Shown: one piece after another, positions 28,483 to 37,444 of the stretch | How positions within the stretch are numbered: the first letter of the stretch is position 1 | How the letters are laid out: every line of letters begins with the position of its first letter | IMG/VR virus record: IMGVR_UViG_3300018933_000004 | Coordinates: 14,791-78,790 of that record | Reading direction: 5' to 3' (one strand) | Length of the DNA: 64,000 bases | From: a virus | Program-made: the position numbers and the translations under genes | The notes under the pieces: model-generated | Seen by the model: only the letters and a program-made list of their open reading frames with translations | The model's database searches: none | Told to the model about the DNA's origin: nothing

Positions 28483-28983
28483 GTGGCTCCCAAAAAGCAT
28501 CCGCCGCGCAGGACTCAGGGCGTCAACCCGTACCTGGTCGACATGACCGAGATCCCTCAGACCCCGGCCATCACCGCCGTGCACGAGATCGCCAAGCTGG
28601 CCTTCCAGGTCAGCCAGCTCCACGAGTCACTCGGCGAACTCGTCATCGACGGCACCGAGCTCGGCCTGGCCGAAGGCCAGATGCAGAGCCACGTCATCCG
28701 CGCCCAGGGCAGGCCCTTCAGCTGGCGCTCCCAGCTGACCAGGATCCTGGAGAGGGATCGCGGGTACGACTCCTCCCAGCCCTGGCGCGAGCGCACCAAG
28801 GACATCAGGCCCGAGGAGATCCCCTCCTACCTCAGCCCAGAGTCCGTCGCCGCCATCCGCGAGGGCGTCCAGGCCCTGGCCCGGGTGATCGCGGACGTCG
28901 AGGAGGCCCGCAAGAGGGAGTACCCGGCCGTCCACGCCCGCGCCAAGGCAGCCATCGAGGGCGTCTCCGCCAAGGCCAGCTGA
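28483..28983 (+). CDS. Hypothetical protein
   Basis: AAGGAGG RBS; directly downstream of the conserved promoter. Confidence 0.75.
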   Translation: MAPKKHPPRRTQGVNPYLVDMTEIPQTPAITAVHEIAKLAFQVSQLHESLGELVIDGTELGLAEGQMQSHVIRAQGRPFSWRSQLTRILERDRGYDSSQPWRERTKDIRPEEIPSYLSPESVAAIREGVQALARVIADVEEARKREYPAVHARAKAAIEGVSAKAS

Positions 28984-29082
28984 CAGAACAGCGCCCCCGA
29001 CAGGGTCCCTGGTCCGGACCGAGTCGGAGGCGCTGCGGCGAGGCCATCCACCCGAACATCCCGCCTAGGAGCACAAGCAGAC

Positions 29083-30072
29083 ATGGCCACCATCACCAAG
29101 AGTACCCGCATGGGCGGCGCGCTGTCCCGCACCGACTGGGACAAGACCCTCACCGACGGCGGCATCTACCTCCTCGCCGTCGGCGGCTTCTACGTCGGCT
29201 ACCAGACCCTCTACACCCAGGCCCTGCGCGTCGGCTTCCCCGAGGACCAGGCCGTCGTCGTCGCCGCCCTCGCCGACCTCGCCATCCTGCTGTACTCCCG
29301 CAAGGCCGTCCGCGAGGTCAAGGCCGGACGATCCGCCCGCATCATCCGCACCATCGTCGCCCTCTTCTCCCTGGCCACCTTCGCCCTCCAGCTCCGCGCC
29401 GCATGGGGCGACACCCTCTCCGTCACCTTCCACGCCCTGCCCCCGGCCGTCTGGATCATCGGCCACGAGATGATGCTGCGCGGCCGCCTGCGCGACGCCA
29501 AGGCCGCCCGCCGCACCGCCGAGATCAAAGCAGGCCTGCGCCCCGCCCCCCTGCCACGCATCCGCCGCGCCTGGTGGCTCCTGGACCCGGCCCACACCTT
29601 CACCGTCTGGCGCCTGTCCAAGATGTGGGAGAAGGACCCCGCCACCGTCATCCGCCACGAGGCCGCCAAGCGCCAAGCCGAGGGTAAGGACATCCCCCTC
29701 GCCTGGCAGGGCTTCCTCCTCGACACCCCGGCCCCGGACGCGCCCGTTCGCCACGAGATCTGCGGCGCCGCCACCCTCTTCACGCCCGAGGTCCCCGAGC
29801 TGCCCGCGCCGCCGGTCAGCGCCGTCCTGTACCGACAGTCCAACGACCGCGAAGAAGTCCCGGCCAACGAGGTCGCCGTGTTCCTCCGCACCCTGCCTGT
29901 CGCCCCGCTCAAGGGCCGCCCGAAGGACAAGGCCATGGAGTACATCCGCGAGGTCGAGGCGCTCGGCGCCCAGTACGACATCAAGGTCACCGGCAAGCTC
30001 CTCGCCGAACTGCTCCAGGTCGACGAGGGCCGCGTCTCCAAGATCCGCAAGGACATGGTCCCCACCCCCTGA
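29083..30072 (+). CDS. DUF2637-like membrane protein (Streptomyces plasmid/AICE type)
   Basis: Four TM helices, HALPPAVW, PLPRI..AWWLLDP..TF.VWR, C-terminal HTH-like segment. Confidence 0.7.
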   Translation: MATITKSTRMGGALSRTDWDKTLTDGGIYLLAVGGFYVGYQTLYTQALRVGFPEDQAVVVAALADLAILLYSRKAVREVKAGRSARIIRTIVALFSLATFALQLRAAWGDTLSVTFHALPPAVWIIGHEMMLRGRLRDAKAARRTAEIKAGLRPAPLPRIRRAWWLLDPAHTFTVWRLSKMWEKDPATVIRHEAAKRQAEGKDIPLAWQGFLLDTPAPDAPVRHEICGAATLFTPEVPELPAPPVSAVLYRQSNDREEVPANEVAVFLRTLPVAPLKGRPKDKAMEYIREVEALGAQYDIKVTGKLLAELLQVDEGRVSKIRKDMVPTP

Positions 30073-30143
30073 CCCGCAGTAGCCTGAACAGCAGCAGGGC
30101 CCAGGAGAACGTGACGGATCTCCTGGGCCCTGCTGCCGCACTC

Positions 30144-30503
30144 TCAGAGGGTGTAGGTGTCCCCGTTCAGCTGGTACAGCTCAACAGCCACCCGGCCCAG
30201 CAGATCGTCGCTGGCGCCCCGGTTGCACATCTCTCCCAGGTCCACCCGGAACTGCCGGATCGCCGCCGTCGAGGGCGCCCACCCGCCGTCCGTGTCCTCA
30301 ACCGTCCCCCTGGCACTGGCCAGCAGCGACTCGGCCGCGTCCCACTGCTCGCCGTCGTCCATCCGGCCAGCCCAGTCCGAACACGACCGCGCGCCCGGCG
30401 GCACCTCACTCTGCCCGCCGCCGTCCTCGCCGCCCGGATCTCCGCACGCGGTCACGGTGACCGCCAGCACGACGGCCGAGACGATCAAACCCACTCTGCA
30501 CAT
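30144..30503 (-). CDS. Putative lipoprotein
   Basis: Signal peptide with lipobox VTVTAC; conserved Cys pair. Confidence 0.65.
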   Translation of the reverse strand: MCRVGLIVSAVVLAVTVTACGDPGGEDGGGQSEVPPGARSCSDWAGRMDDGEQWDAAESLLASARGTVEDTDGGWAPSTAAIRQFRVDLGEMCNRGASDDLLGRVAVELYQLNGDTYTL

Positions 30504-30575
30504 CGCTCTCCCCTCCCGCCAAACCCTCCCCGGCCTGGCGGGAGACATTCAACCACCCGCCCCCACCACGAGAAG

Positions 30576-31361
30576 ATGAGCCGCATGACCGCGAAGGCGA
30601 AGAAGGCATGGGACGAGCTGAACAAACGTCAGCAGACCTACATGGAAGCCATCTACCACGCCGACCAGGCCGTCGAGGCAGCCCACCGCAAGGAGGCCGC
30701 CCGCACCTGGAGTAACACCCCCGCCCGCGTATGGCGCCGCCTGCCCTTCAACGGGCCCTACTCTCACATCGCGCCCGCGCTGCGCCACCACAAGGTCTAC
30801 GACACCGGCGCCGGAGCCACCCTGGCAGCGCTCCGCGACCGAGGGCTGATCGAGAGCGAGACCTGGACCGGCCTGCTCACCGACCCGGTCTACGTCTGGA
30901 TCACCCGCGAGGGGCGGGCGGCCGTACGGGCCGGGCTCGGTCTGCAGTCGGCGCGCACCAGCAAGCCCAAGTGGGCCCTGTCGGAGTGGCTCTGGAAGGA
31001 ACTGGTCAAGGTGGCCGCCGCCGGACCCGAGGGCCTCCAGCGCGGAGGGCTCTATGGCGACTCCCACCTCTATCTCTCCAAGGGACATAAAGGCCGCCGG
31101 GGCAACCGCCCCTACGTAGACGGCTCGAACTACCGGTGGGTCACCTACGACGCCTACGTCAGCCTCGGCAGCTCCGAGACGTACAAGAAGTCCGAGCCGG
31201 TGTACTACTACATCCTCACCGACGAGGGCCGCGCCCACTACGCCGAATACCTGGAGCAGTACCGCGAGCTGTACCCGGACATCGACGCCCCCGACCTACA
31301 GGATCCAGGCGGCCAGGAGGACGAGGAGCAGGACGGAGCCCCAGAAGCCGCCGACCAGTAG
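30576..31361 (+). CDS. Hypothetical winged-helix-like protein
   Basis: GATLAALRDRGLIE...VWITREGRAAVRA resembles wHTH ends; Streptomyces plasmid-type protein. Confidence 0.65.
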   Translation: MSRMTAKAKKAWDELNKRQQTYMEAIYHADQAVEAAHRKEAARTWSNTPARVWRRLPFNGPYSHIAPALRHHKVYDTGAGATLAALRDRGLIESETWTGLLTDPVYVWITREGRAAVRAGLGLQSARTSKPKWALSEWLWKELVKVAAAGPEGLQRGGLYGDSHLYLSKGHKGRRGNRPYVDGSNYRWVTYDAYVSLGSSETYKKSEPVYYYILTDEGRAHYAEYLEQYRELYPDIDAPDLQDPGGQEDEEQDGAPEAADQ

Positions 31362-31457
31362 CAGGGCAGCGCGGACGTACGGGTGGTGCGGTGTGTGGCG
31401 GGTCACGGCGTCCAGTGTGCCCTGGAATCTCCGGCTCCACCGAACGGGCCGGGAAAG

Positions 31458-31495
31458 GCCGAAGGCCCCCGAACGAGTCAACGGGGGCCTTCGGC
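31458..31495. terminator. Terminator hairpin between convergent units
   Basis: GCCGAAGGCCCCCG / CGGGGGCCTTCGGC. Confidence 0.75.
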
Positions 31496-31556
31496 TGCTT
31501 GGGCGCCTTGAGAGGTGCCTTCAGCGTTGCGATCCTCGCCCTGGGCGGATGGCTGT

Positions 31557-31630
31557 CTGCAACACCCCGCATCGGCGGGGACAACTGCAAGCAGTCAGCC
31601 GGGACATCCCCGCTGACGCGGGGGAATCAC
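31557..31630 (-). CRISPR. Two type I-E-like repeats separated by 15 nt (mini-array or solitary-repeat-like); no cas genes in window
   Basis: Minus strand: GTGATTCCCCCGCGTCAGCGGGGATGTCCC and GTTGTCCCCGCCGATGCGGGGTGTTGCAG, both with the CCCCGC-N4-GCGGGG stem and I-E-like flanks. Confidence 0.5.
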
Positions 31631-31727
31631 CTCACGGCGGCAAGGTGACCGGCCCGGTCCCAGGGCCCGTGCCGGTAAAAAGAACTCTAGCGGCTCCGGG
31701 CTGTTGGTGCGGGCGAGTTGGAGAGAT

Positions 31728-33149
31728 TCACTCTGCGGGGTGTCGGCGTCCCCGAAGGAAGGGGTAGCGCACTTCAAGGCCGAGGATGACAGTCGGCGGC
31801 CGCTGCAGGTACCGCCCCCACAGCGTCTCGTCCCGGTCCTGGCTGGGGCCGCGAACCGGCGCAGCTGCGGAGCTTTTCGTGGATCCCTCGTAGTTGTTGC
31901 AGGCTGCACACAGCAGGCCACGGACGAGTCCGGTGTCGTGGTCGTGGTCTTCGTGGTGCTCGGTACGGCCGGGGAGTATGCCGCACATCGCGCACCGGTT
32001 CTGGTGGAAGGCGAGGAGCCGGTCGACGGGGTGCTGGTCAGGGTCGTACGGCGGCACGGGCCAGGACCAGCAGTCGGGTTCGTAGCTCGCCCAGCGCTGC
32101 TCCCAGTCGTCCCAGCGCTGCTGGTACGCCCGGCACTCGGGGCAGGTGTCTGCCTCTTCGGGGGTGCGGTGGGCGTGCATGGGACTGGCGCCGAGGGTCT
32201 CTTCCAGGTCGCGCTGCATGCGCAGGGCGAGAGGAAGGTCTGTGGGCTGGGGGGTGTCGGTCCAGGTGCCGTCGCCCGCGCGGTGGCGGCGCTTGACGGT
32301 CGTGAGGGCGGCGGGCAGGCCGTCGGTGAAGGGAGTCGGGGAGAGGGCGATCTGGTCGGGTGTGACGCGGTCGGGCAGCAGCCGGTTGTCGCCTGCCGCG
32401 AGGACGGCGCGCAGCGCGGCGGCGGGGGTGACGTGGGGGTCGAGGCGGGCGCCGCTGCGGGAGGTGATGAGGGGTTCGGTGGGGTCGTCGGTGGGTGAGG
32501 GGACGCGGTGGGGGAGGTAGGCGCGGATGGCCCGTTCGAGCTCGCGGCTGATGCGGTAGACCTTGACGCCCTCGCCCTTGGGGAAGGGGGCTCGGACCTG
32601 CGGGGGGCGGTTGTCGAGGAGGGGGATGCTGTCGAGGTTGAGGCCGACGATCTGCCGGGGGCGGAAGCCGTCGAGCATGGCGTAGACGAGTGTCTTGTCG
32701 CGGTGGCCGTGGCGGGCGCCGCTGGCGGCGTGCAGCCGGGCGAGGAAGGCGATGGCGATGGTCTGGCGGCGGTCGAGGGCGGGGGTACGGGGCAGGTCGG
32801 TGGTGCGCAGCCGGGCGGGGTCGAAGGGCATCTCGTCCAGGCGGCCGGTGCGGACGGCGTAGTCGTAGAAGCTGGACAGGGCGCTGAGGCGGCGCATGCG
32901 GCTGTGGGCTGAGCCCTTGAGGCGGTCGCGGGCGCGGCGGCTGTGGGTGGCGAAGTCGGCCCAGGTCTGGACGTGGGCCTCGCTGGCGTTCCAGGCGCCG
33001 ATGCCCATGGCGTCCTCAATGAAGTCGAGCCAGGCGGTGACGTCCTCGCGGTAGCGGGCGGGCGTGGTGCCCTGGAAGGCGCGGTCCTGACGGCCGCGCT
33101 GGTGCTCGGTGAGCCACTCTTCCATGACGGCGTAGGGGTCGTCGGCCAA
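31728..33149 (-). CDS. Tyrosine-recombinase-like domain fused to recombination Endonuclease VII
   Basis: SAM-like N-domain (RRLSALSSFYDY), box I GFRPRQI, no HxxR or catalytic Tyr; C-terminal CAMC...EDHDHDTGLVRGLLCAACN. Confidence 0.8.
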   Translation of the reverse strand: MADDPYAVMEEWLTEHQRGRQDRAFQGTTPARYREDVTAWLDFIEDAMGIGAWNASEAHVQTWADFATHSRRARDRLKGSAHSRMRRLSALSSFYDYAVRTGRLDEMPFDPARLRTTDLPRTPALDRRQTIAIAFLARLHAASGARHGHRDKTLVYAMLDGFRPRQIVGLNLDSIPLLDNRPPQVRAPFPKGEGVKVYRISRELERAIRAYLPHRVPSPTDDPTEPLITSRSGARLDPHVTPAAALRAVLAAGDNRLLPDRVTPDQIALSPTPFTDGLPAALTTVKRRHRAGDGTWTDTPQPTDLPLALRMQRDLEETLGASPMHAHRTPEEADTCPECRAYQQRWDDWEQRWASYEPDCWSWPVPPYDPDQHPVDRLLAFHQNRCAMCGILPGRTEHHEDHDHDTGLVRGLLCAACNNYEGSTKSSAAAPVRGPSQDRDETLWGRYLQRPPTVILGLEVRYPFLRGRRHPAE

Positions 33150-33157
33150 GGTGATCC

Positions 33158-33310
33158 TCCCCGGATACAGCTTCTTTAGACAATTGCCAAGCCATCACCC
33201 TAGATGCCGTCGTGGTGCCCGTGCACGGAACAGTGCGGGGCGGCGCCGCGCGCGCACTTCTCTGAGAGGGGCGTGGCTCGGCGATTGTCTAAAGAAGCTG
33301 TATCCGGGGA
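33158..33310. repeat. 27-bp perfect inverted repeat pair with 99-bp spacer
   Basis: TCCCCGGATACAGCTTCTTTAGACAAT (33158-33184) / ATTGTCTAAAGAAGCTGTATCCGGGGA (33284-33310). Confidence 0.9.
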
Positions 33311-33494
33311 AAACGCGGTGACACCCGGGGTGGTTCACGAAGGATCGACGGCTGGCGGACCGCGTGGCGGAGAACCCGATCCTCCCACGGCCAGCACGGC
33401 GAACGCCAGAAACGCCGCGCCGTATCGTGTGGTCCATGCCCCGGCCTGCGTCAGTTCCTCCCCGACGGCTGACCGCTGCCGATAAGCTCCCTCC

Positions 33495-33908
33495 ATGAGG
33501 AGCACCGAGCCCGATCAGCCCGCCGACCCCGCCGACTTCCCTCCCGAAGTGCGGGACGCCCTGCGCAAGAGGAGTGAGCGCGGCCCCGTGGTCGATATGG
33601 CCACAGGCGAGCGCGTCGCCGAGGACGGCCGCCTGGTCTCCGACGAGCAGCTGGTCGCCTGTCTCGAATGCGCCCGCGCCATCGCCCTGGGCTGGTGGGG
33701 CGCCATCGCACGCCACTTCGGCAATCCCGATGCCCCTGTCTGCGCCCTGTGCGGCGAAGGCGAAGCCACCCTCACCCCCACCCAGTGGTTCGCCCAGGTC
33801 ACCCAGCTCATGCAGGCTCACATCGCCGCCGGGAAGCACCACAGCTGGCGTGAGGACTCTCTCACGCGCCTCGGCATCGCCAGCCCGGGAGCAGACGGCC
33901 GTGGATGA
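33495..33908 (+). CDS. Hypothetical protein
   Basis: 137 aa, two CxxC motifs. Confidence 0.6.
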   Translation: MRSTEPDQPADPADFPPEVRDALRKRSERGPVVDMATGERVAEDGRLVSDEQLVACLECARAIALGWWGAIARHFGNPDAPVCALCGEGEATLTPTQWFAQVTQLMQAHIAAGKHHSWREDSLTRLGIASPGADGRG

Positions 33909-34275
33909 CGTCGACCTCCTGCAGCACGCCACCCGCTTGCACAACGAGTGGCAGCACACGGCCTACCTCACCCTCGGCCGTCTGCTCAGCCGTGCTCACC
34001 GGGACGGCCTGCCCCCGCTCGAATGGACTGTCCTGCCCCACGGCGCGCTGCGCGGCGAGGTGCCCCACCGCGACTCTCGCGGTGAGGAGTACACCCCGGC
34101 GACGGGCCTGGCACTGTACGAGCGCTGGTGTGCCTACCTCGGGCCGGTCAAGCATGAGAAGGACAGGGTCTACTCCTTGCTGGGCAAGACGATCAAGACC
34201 GCGCGGGCCAGTGGCGCCCAGCCGTGGATGAAGGACACTCACATCGTCCTCCGCGTCGAGCTACGCGAGGAATGA
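33901..34275 (+). CDS. Hypothetical protein
   Basis: GTG 33901 overlapping the upstream gene end; VDDVDLLQHATRLHNEW... Confidence 0.6.
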   Translation: MDDVDLLQHATRLHNEWQHTAYLTLGRLLSRAHRDGLPPLEWTVLPHGALRGEVPHRDSRGEEYTPATGLALYERWCAYLGPVKHEKDRVYSLLGKTIKTARASGAQPWMKDTHIVLRVELREE

Positions 34276-34329
34276 CACCACCGGCGCGGCGATAGTCTGA
34301 GCCCACTCCATCCCGCCAAGGAGACGCTC

Positions 34330-34848
34330 ATGAAGCCGCTGTCCGAGGAGGAACCCGTGACAGCCAAAGCACACATCCCCACCCGCATGTGCCCGCACCC
34401 CTGGTGCCGCCCCGTCCACGGCGTCACCGCCGCCATGGTCGTCCTCGCCCTGCTCCCCTCCCTGGGGAACATCTGGCTCTGGATCGCCCTGCCCGCGCTC
34501 GGCGTCCTCGTGTACGCCCTTGTCCGGCTGCTGGTCGACCGCAACGCCGACCGTGATCAGGAGCACCGCGAGGAGATCGCCGCCCGGGACGGCATTCAGC
34601 TCGCCCGCCGGGCCATCCGCCCGGCCTGGGCCCGTGCTGCCGTCACCCTCGACATCCTGCTCCTGTTCGGCTCCGCCGCCGTCCTCGCCTTGACCCTGAG
34701 CACCGACCCCAGCCTCCCCGCAGAAGGACTCCAGGCGACCCTGAGCGACCTCCCCCTCTTGCTGCCCCCGCTGGCGCTGATCCTCGTCATCGAGTACTGC
34801 CACAAGAAGGCCACGGTCGTTGAGCAGCCCGTCGTCGGCAAGGGGTAG
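34330..34848 (+). CDS. Hypothetical membrane protein
   Basis: AAGGAG RBS; four hydrophobic segments. Confidence 0.7.
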   Translation: MKPLSEEEPVTAKAHIPTRMCPHPWCRPVHGVTAAMVVLALLPSLGNIWLWIALPALGVLVYALVRLLVDRNADRDQEHREEIAARDGIQLARRAIRPAWARAAVTLDILLLFGSAAVLALTLSTDPSLPAEGLQATLSDLPLLLPPLALILVIEYCHKKATVVEQPVVGKG

Positions 34849-35061
34849 GACGTCAGCGGCCCCGCCGGAGCGCACCATCGGGGGGGGAGGATCGTACGCA
34901 GCATCGGCGGGGCCTGGGGAGCGTGTACCCGGGTCTCGTTTGTTCATGCGCGCGCACGACAGACCCCGCTCCTGCGCCACAGAGGAGGGGTGGGGGCGCA
35001 AGAGCGGGGTCTGGCTCTGGGGGGTCAGCTCATGGGGACTTGGCGTTCAGCGGTGGTCGCG

Positions 35062-35259
35062 TCAGCTGGCATTGCATTGCGCGCACGGGATGGAGATGGG
35101 CTCCTTGGTTTCGGGGTTGACCATCATGATGGTGCCCAGGCCGTGCAGGCATGCGGGGCAGGGGTGGACGGGGCCGCGCCGGACGCGTTCCTGCTGCATG
35201 TGGCTCCACCTCTCAACCAGGTCCGCGTAGCGGGGGTCGATCCATGTGGTTCCGTCCAT
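35062..35259 (-). CDS. Small protein with two CxxC motifs
   Basis: GGGAG RBS; CPAC...CAQC. Confidence 0.6.
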   Translation of the reverse strand: MDGTTWIDPRYADLVERWSHMQQERVRRGPVHPCPACLHGLGTIMMVNPETKEPISIPCAQCNAS

Positions 35260-35325
35260 GTTCCCTCCCGGTGCCGGGTACCGAGTGTATGGCTTTCGGT
35301 ACCCGGCGTGATGGGTGTTGCGGAA

Positions 35326-35841
35326 TCAGGCGGTGGTGGTGGCCAGGCCGAAGACCTGCGGGGCTGTGCAGGCGCCGTCCTGGTTGCACTCGCTGTGCAT
35401 GCAGTCGCCGCCCTTGATCTCGGTCTCGGCCTTCATGCCCCACAGGTACTCGTTGGGGGCGTATCCGGCGTTGCGGATGGCCTCGACGGTGTTGTCGAGG
35501 GTGGTGGCGTCGCGACGAAGCGTCTCCGGGCCCTCGGGGCGGTGGTGGAGGTAGCGGCCGAGGCCGTGGCACAGCTTGAAGTAGATCTCGGTGTGGAGGA
35601 TCAGCGCGTGCCAGCCCATGTCGACGACGCGGGAGGGGCGCAGGGCTTTGCCCTTGTTCTTGCCGTTGGCGGCGGCGGCGAGGAACTTGAGGGCCTCGTC
35701 CACGATGCTCAGGGCGGTGGCCTGGTCCTCGACGCCCTCGTTGTCGCGGACGACCAGTGCGGCGACGCGGTTGGCCTCGTCCTCGGTGAGCATGTCGAGG
35801 GCGGAGGTCTTCAGGGTGGGGGCCTCGGGCGTGATGGTCAT
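35326..35841 (-). CDS. Glycine-rich-domain (GRDP/DUF1399-like) protein
   Basis: EALKFL...PSRVVDMGWHALILHTEIYFKLC...YLHHRP; Cys-rich tail. Confidence 0.7.
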   Translation of the reverse strand: MTITPEAPTLKTSALDMLTEDEANRVAALVVRDNEGVEDQATALSIVDEALKFLAAAANGKNKGKALRPSRVVDMGWHALILHTEIYFKLCHGLGRYLHHRPEGPETLRRDATTLDNTVEAIRNAGYAPNEYLWGMKAETEIKGGDCMHSECNQDGACTAPQVFGLATTTA

Positions 35842-36038
35842 GTGCCGGTCCTTCCGTCAGATGGGAAGCCCACGAGGCAGGTACAGGCATGAGGCATGGC
35901 GGTACCTGTTGCCCGTGTGTAGCCGGACGGCTACTGGCAGCTCTGACTGTAGTGACATTTTCTCCCCGTGGCTACGGGTTCGCGGGACCTGCTGTCGACG
36001 GCCGCAGGTGCCGCCCTAGGGGGCGGAGAGGAGCCCTC

Positions 36039-36287
36039 ATGCCGCCCCGTCAGAAGAAGCCCGTCCGCACCGCCGTCCGCACGCCCGTCTGGCCCGAGCG
36101 GGCCTGCCGCGACCTGGTGGCCGGGGAGTTCGCGAACCACTCCTGCGACGTCGTCGAAGGCCACCTGGGTCCGCACGCCTCGCTGTCCGTACCGGCCTCG
36201 GTCGAGCAGCGGCTGGCGTGGGAGAACCGCAACCTCGACAAGCTGGAGCCGACGTCGGCCGCTGACCCGTTCGTGAACTCCTCGTGA
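36039..36287 (+). CDS. Hypothetical protein
   Basis: GAGGAG RBS before ATG 36039. Confidence 0.55.
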   Translation: MPPRQKKPVRTAVRTPVWPERACRDLVAGEFANHSCDVVEGHLGPHASLSVPASVEQRLAWENRNLDKLEPTSAADPFVNSS

Positions 36288-36487
36288 GCGCCGCAGGAGC
36301 CTTCCCGCCGCCCCCTGCGCAGGATCCGGCGTCTGGCCTTCACGACGAGGCCGTGGCGGCGCTGCAGCGCCTGCACAACTACCTCGCCACGGACCGGCCC
36401 AAGGCGCTGGCGGCAGGCGCTGCAGGCGGCCAGGACGCAGTCACCGTGGCGATCGTCCTGCTTCAGCGGCTCCCGATGGAGCGGTGA
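36284..36487 (+). CDS. Hypothetical protein
   Basis: GTGA-coupled 67-aa ORF. Confidence 0.5.
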   Translation: MSAAGAFPPPPAQDPASGLHDEAVAALQRLHNYLATDRPKALAAGAAGGQDAVTVAIVLLQRLPMER

Positions 36488-36890
36488 ATATGCCGTTGCC
36501 TCGTGCCAGTTCCGGCGGATTCCCGGGAAACTGAGAAAATGTCACACGCCCGGGTGCACACTGGTCTCACTCCGGCCGTACGGCTGGAGCGGCAAGGCGA
36601 CCGCAGGACTCAGGTCGCGCATACGGTGCGTCAGGCTCTGCCGCCGTACGCGCTTCGCGGTCGAGCGCATGTGACAGTGCAAGGCCCCCGCCGCACTCCC
36701 CTGTCGGCGGGGGCCTACTGCTGTCCGGTGGGCAGGCGATGAAAGAGGCCGGGCCCCGTGCGGAGGGAACCACCCCTCCCGGGCCCGGCCTCTACCCATT
36801 CGGTGTGCCGTGTCTCAGCAGCGCCATCAGAAAACCACAGCGCAGGTACCAGTGCCACCCCTGACCTGCGGAAATCCCTGCTGGCAGGGA

Positions 36891-37367
36891 TTAGTTGTCG
36901 AAAATCTCCCCGGACTCCTCGGCCGCCATGCGCTCCAGCTCCTCCTCGAATCGGCGCATGACCGGCCCCTTGCGGGGTTCGACCGGGACGCCGGTCTCCT
37001 CCTGGAGGCGGCGAGCCTCGGCCGCCATCTCCGCCTCCTCGCGCAGCAGGATGCGCCACAGGGCAAGGGTGCCGTTCTGGACCTTGTACTGCTTGCCCTG
37101 GTAGCGGGCCTGGAACGTCAGCAGGTGCGCGTTCAGCGGACCGGGAACGATGAGGGTCTTCTTCAGGGGGGCGGTCCGGCCTCCCATCATGCCGCCGGGC
37201 GGCAGGAGGAAGTTGATCCCGTCGTCCTCCGGCTCCGGCTCCGGCTCGGCGGCAAGGTCGGGAACAGCCTGCAGCTGGCGCTCGGCGGCACGCTTCGCCT
37301 CCAGCCGCTCCTTCTCCGCCCGGAGTTTCTCCTGGTGACGGCGCTTCCGAGCCTCGCTCGCGGGCAT
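36891..37367 (-). CDS. Hypothetical protein (possible partition/DNA-binding adaptor)
   Basis: AGGAGG RBS; charged N-terminal helix; function inferred only weakly. Confidence 0.6.
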   Translation of the reverse strand: MPASEARKRRHQEKLRAEKERLEAKRAAERQLQAVPDLAAEPEPEPEDDGINFLLPPGGMMGGRTAPLKKTLIVPGPLNAHLLTFQARYQGKQYKVQNGTLALWRILLREEAEMAAEARRLQEETGVPVEPRKGPVMRRFEEELERMAAEESGEIFDN

Positions 37368-37444
37368 CAGTCCTCCTGCTCGTAATGGACCTCCAGTCTA
37401 TCCCGATCAACGGTTCCACGGGTCAACGGTGAGACGGTTTTCTG

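Noticed and set aside
31557-31630. Calling this a canonical CRISPR array
   Set aside because: Only two non-identical repeats, a 15-nt spacer (I-E spacers are about 32 nt), and no cas genes or leader seen
36977-36990. GGTTCGA (T-loop-like) matches at about 36977, 41236 and 48015
   Set aside because: They lack the flanking T-stem and acceptor pairing; the 36977 and 48015 matches also lie within coding regions
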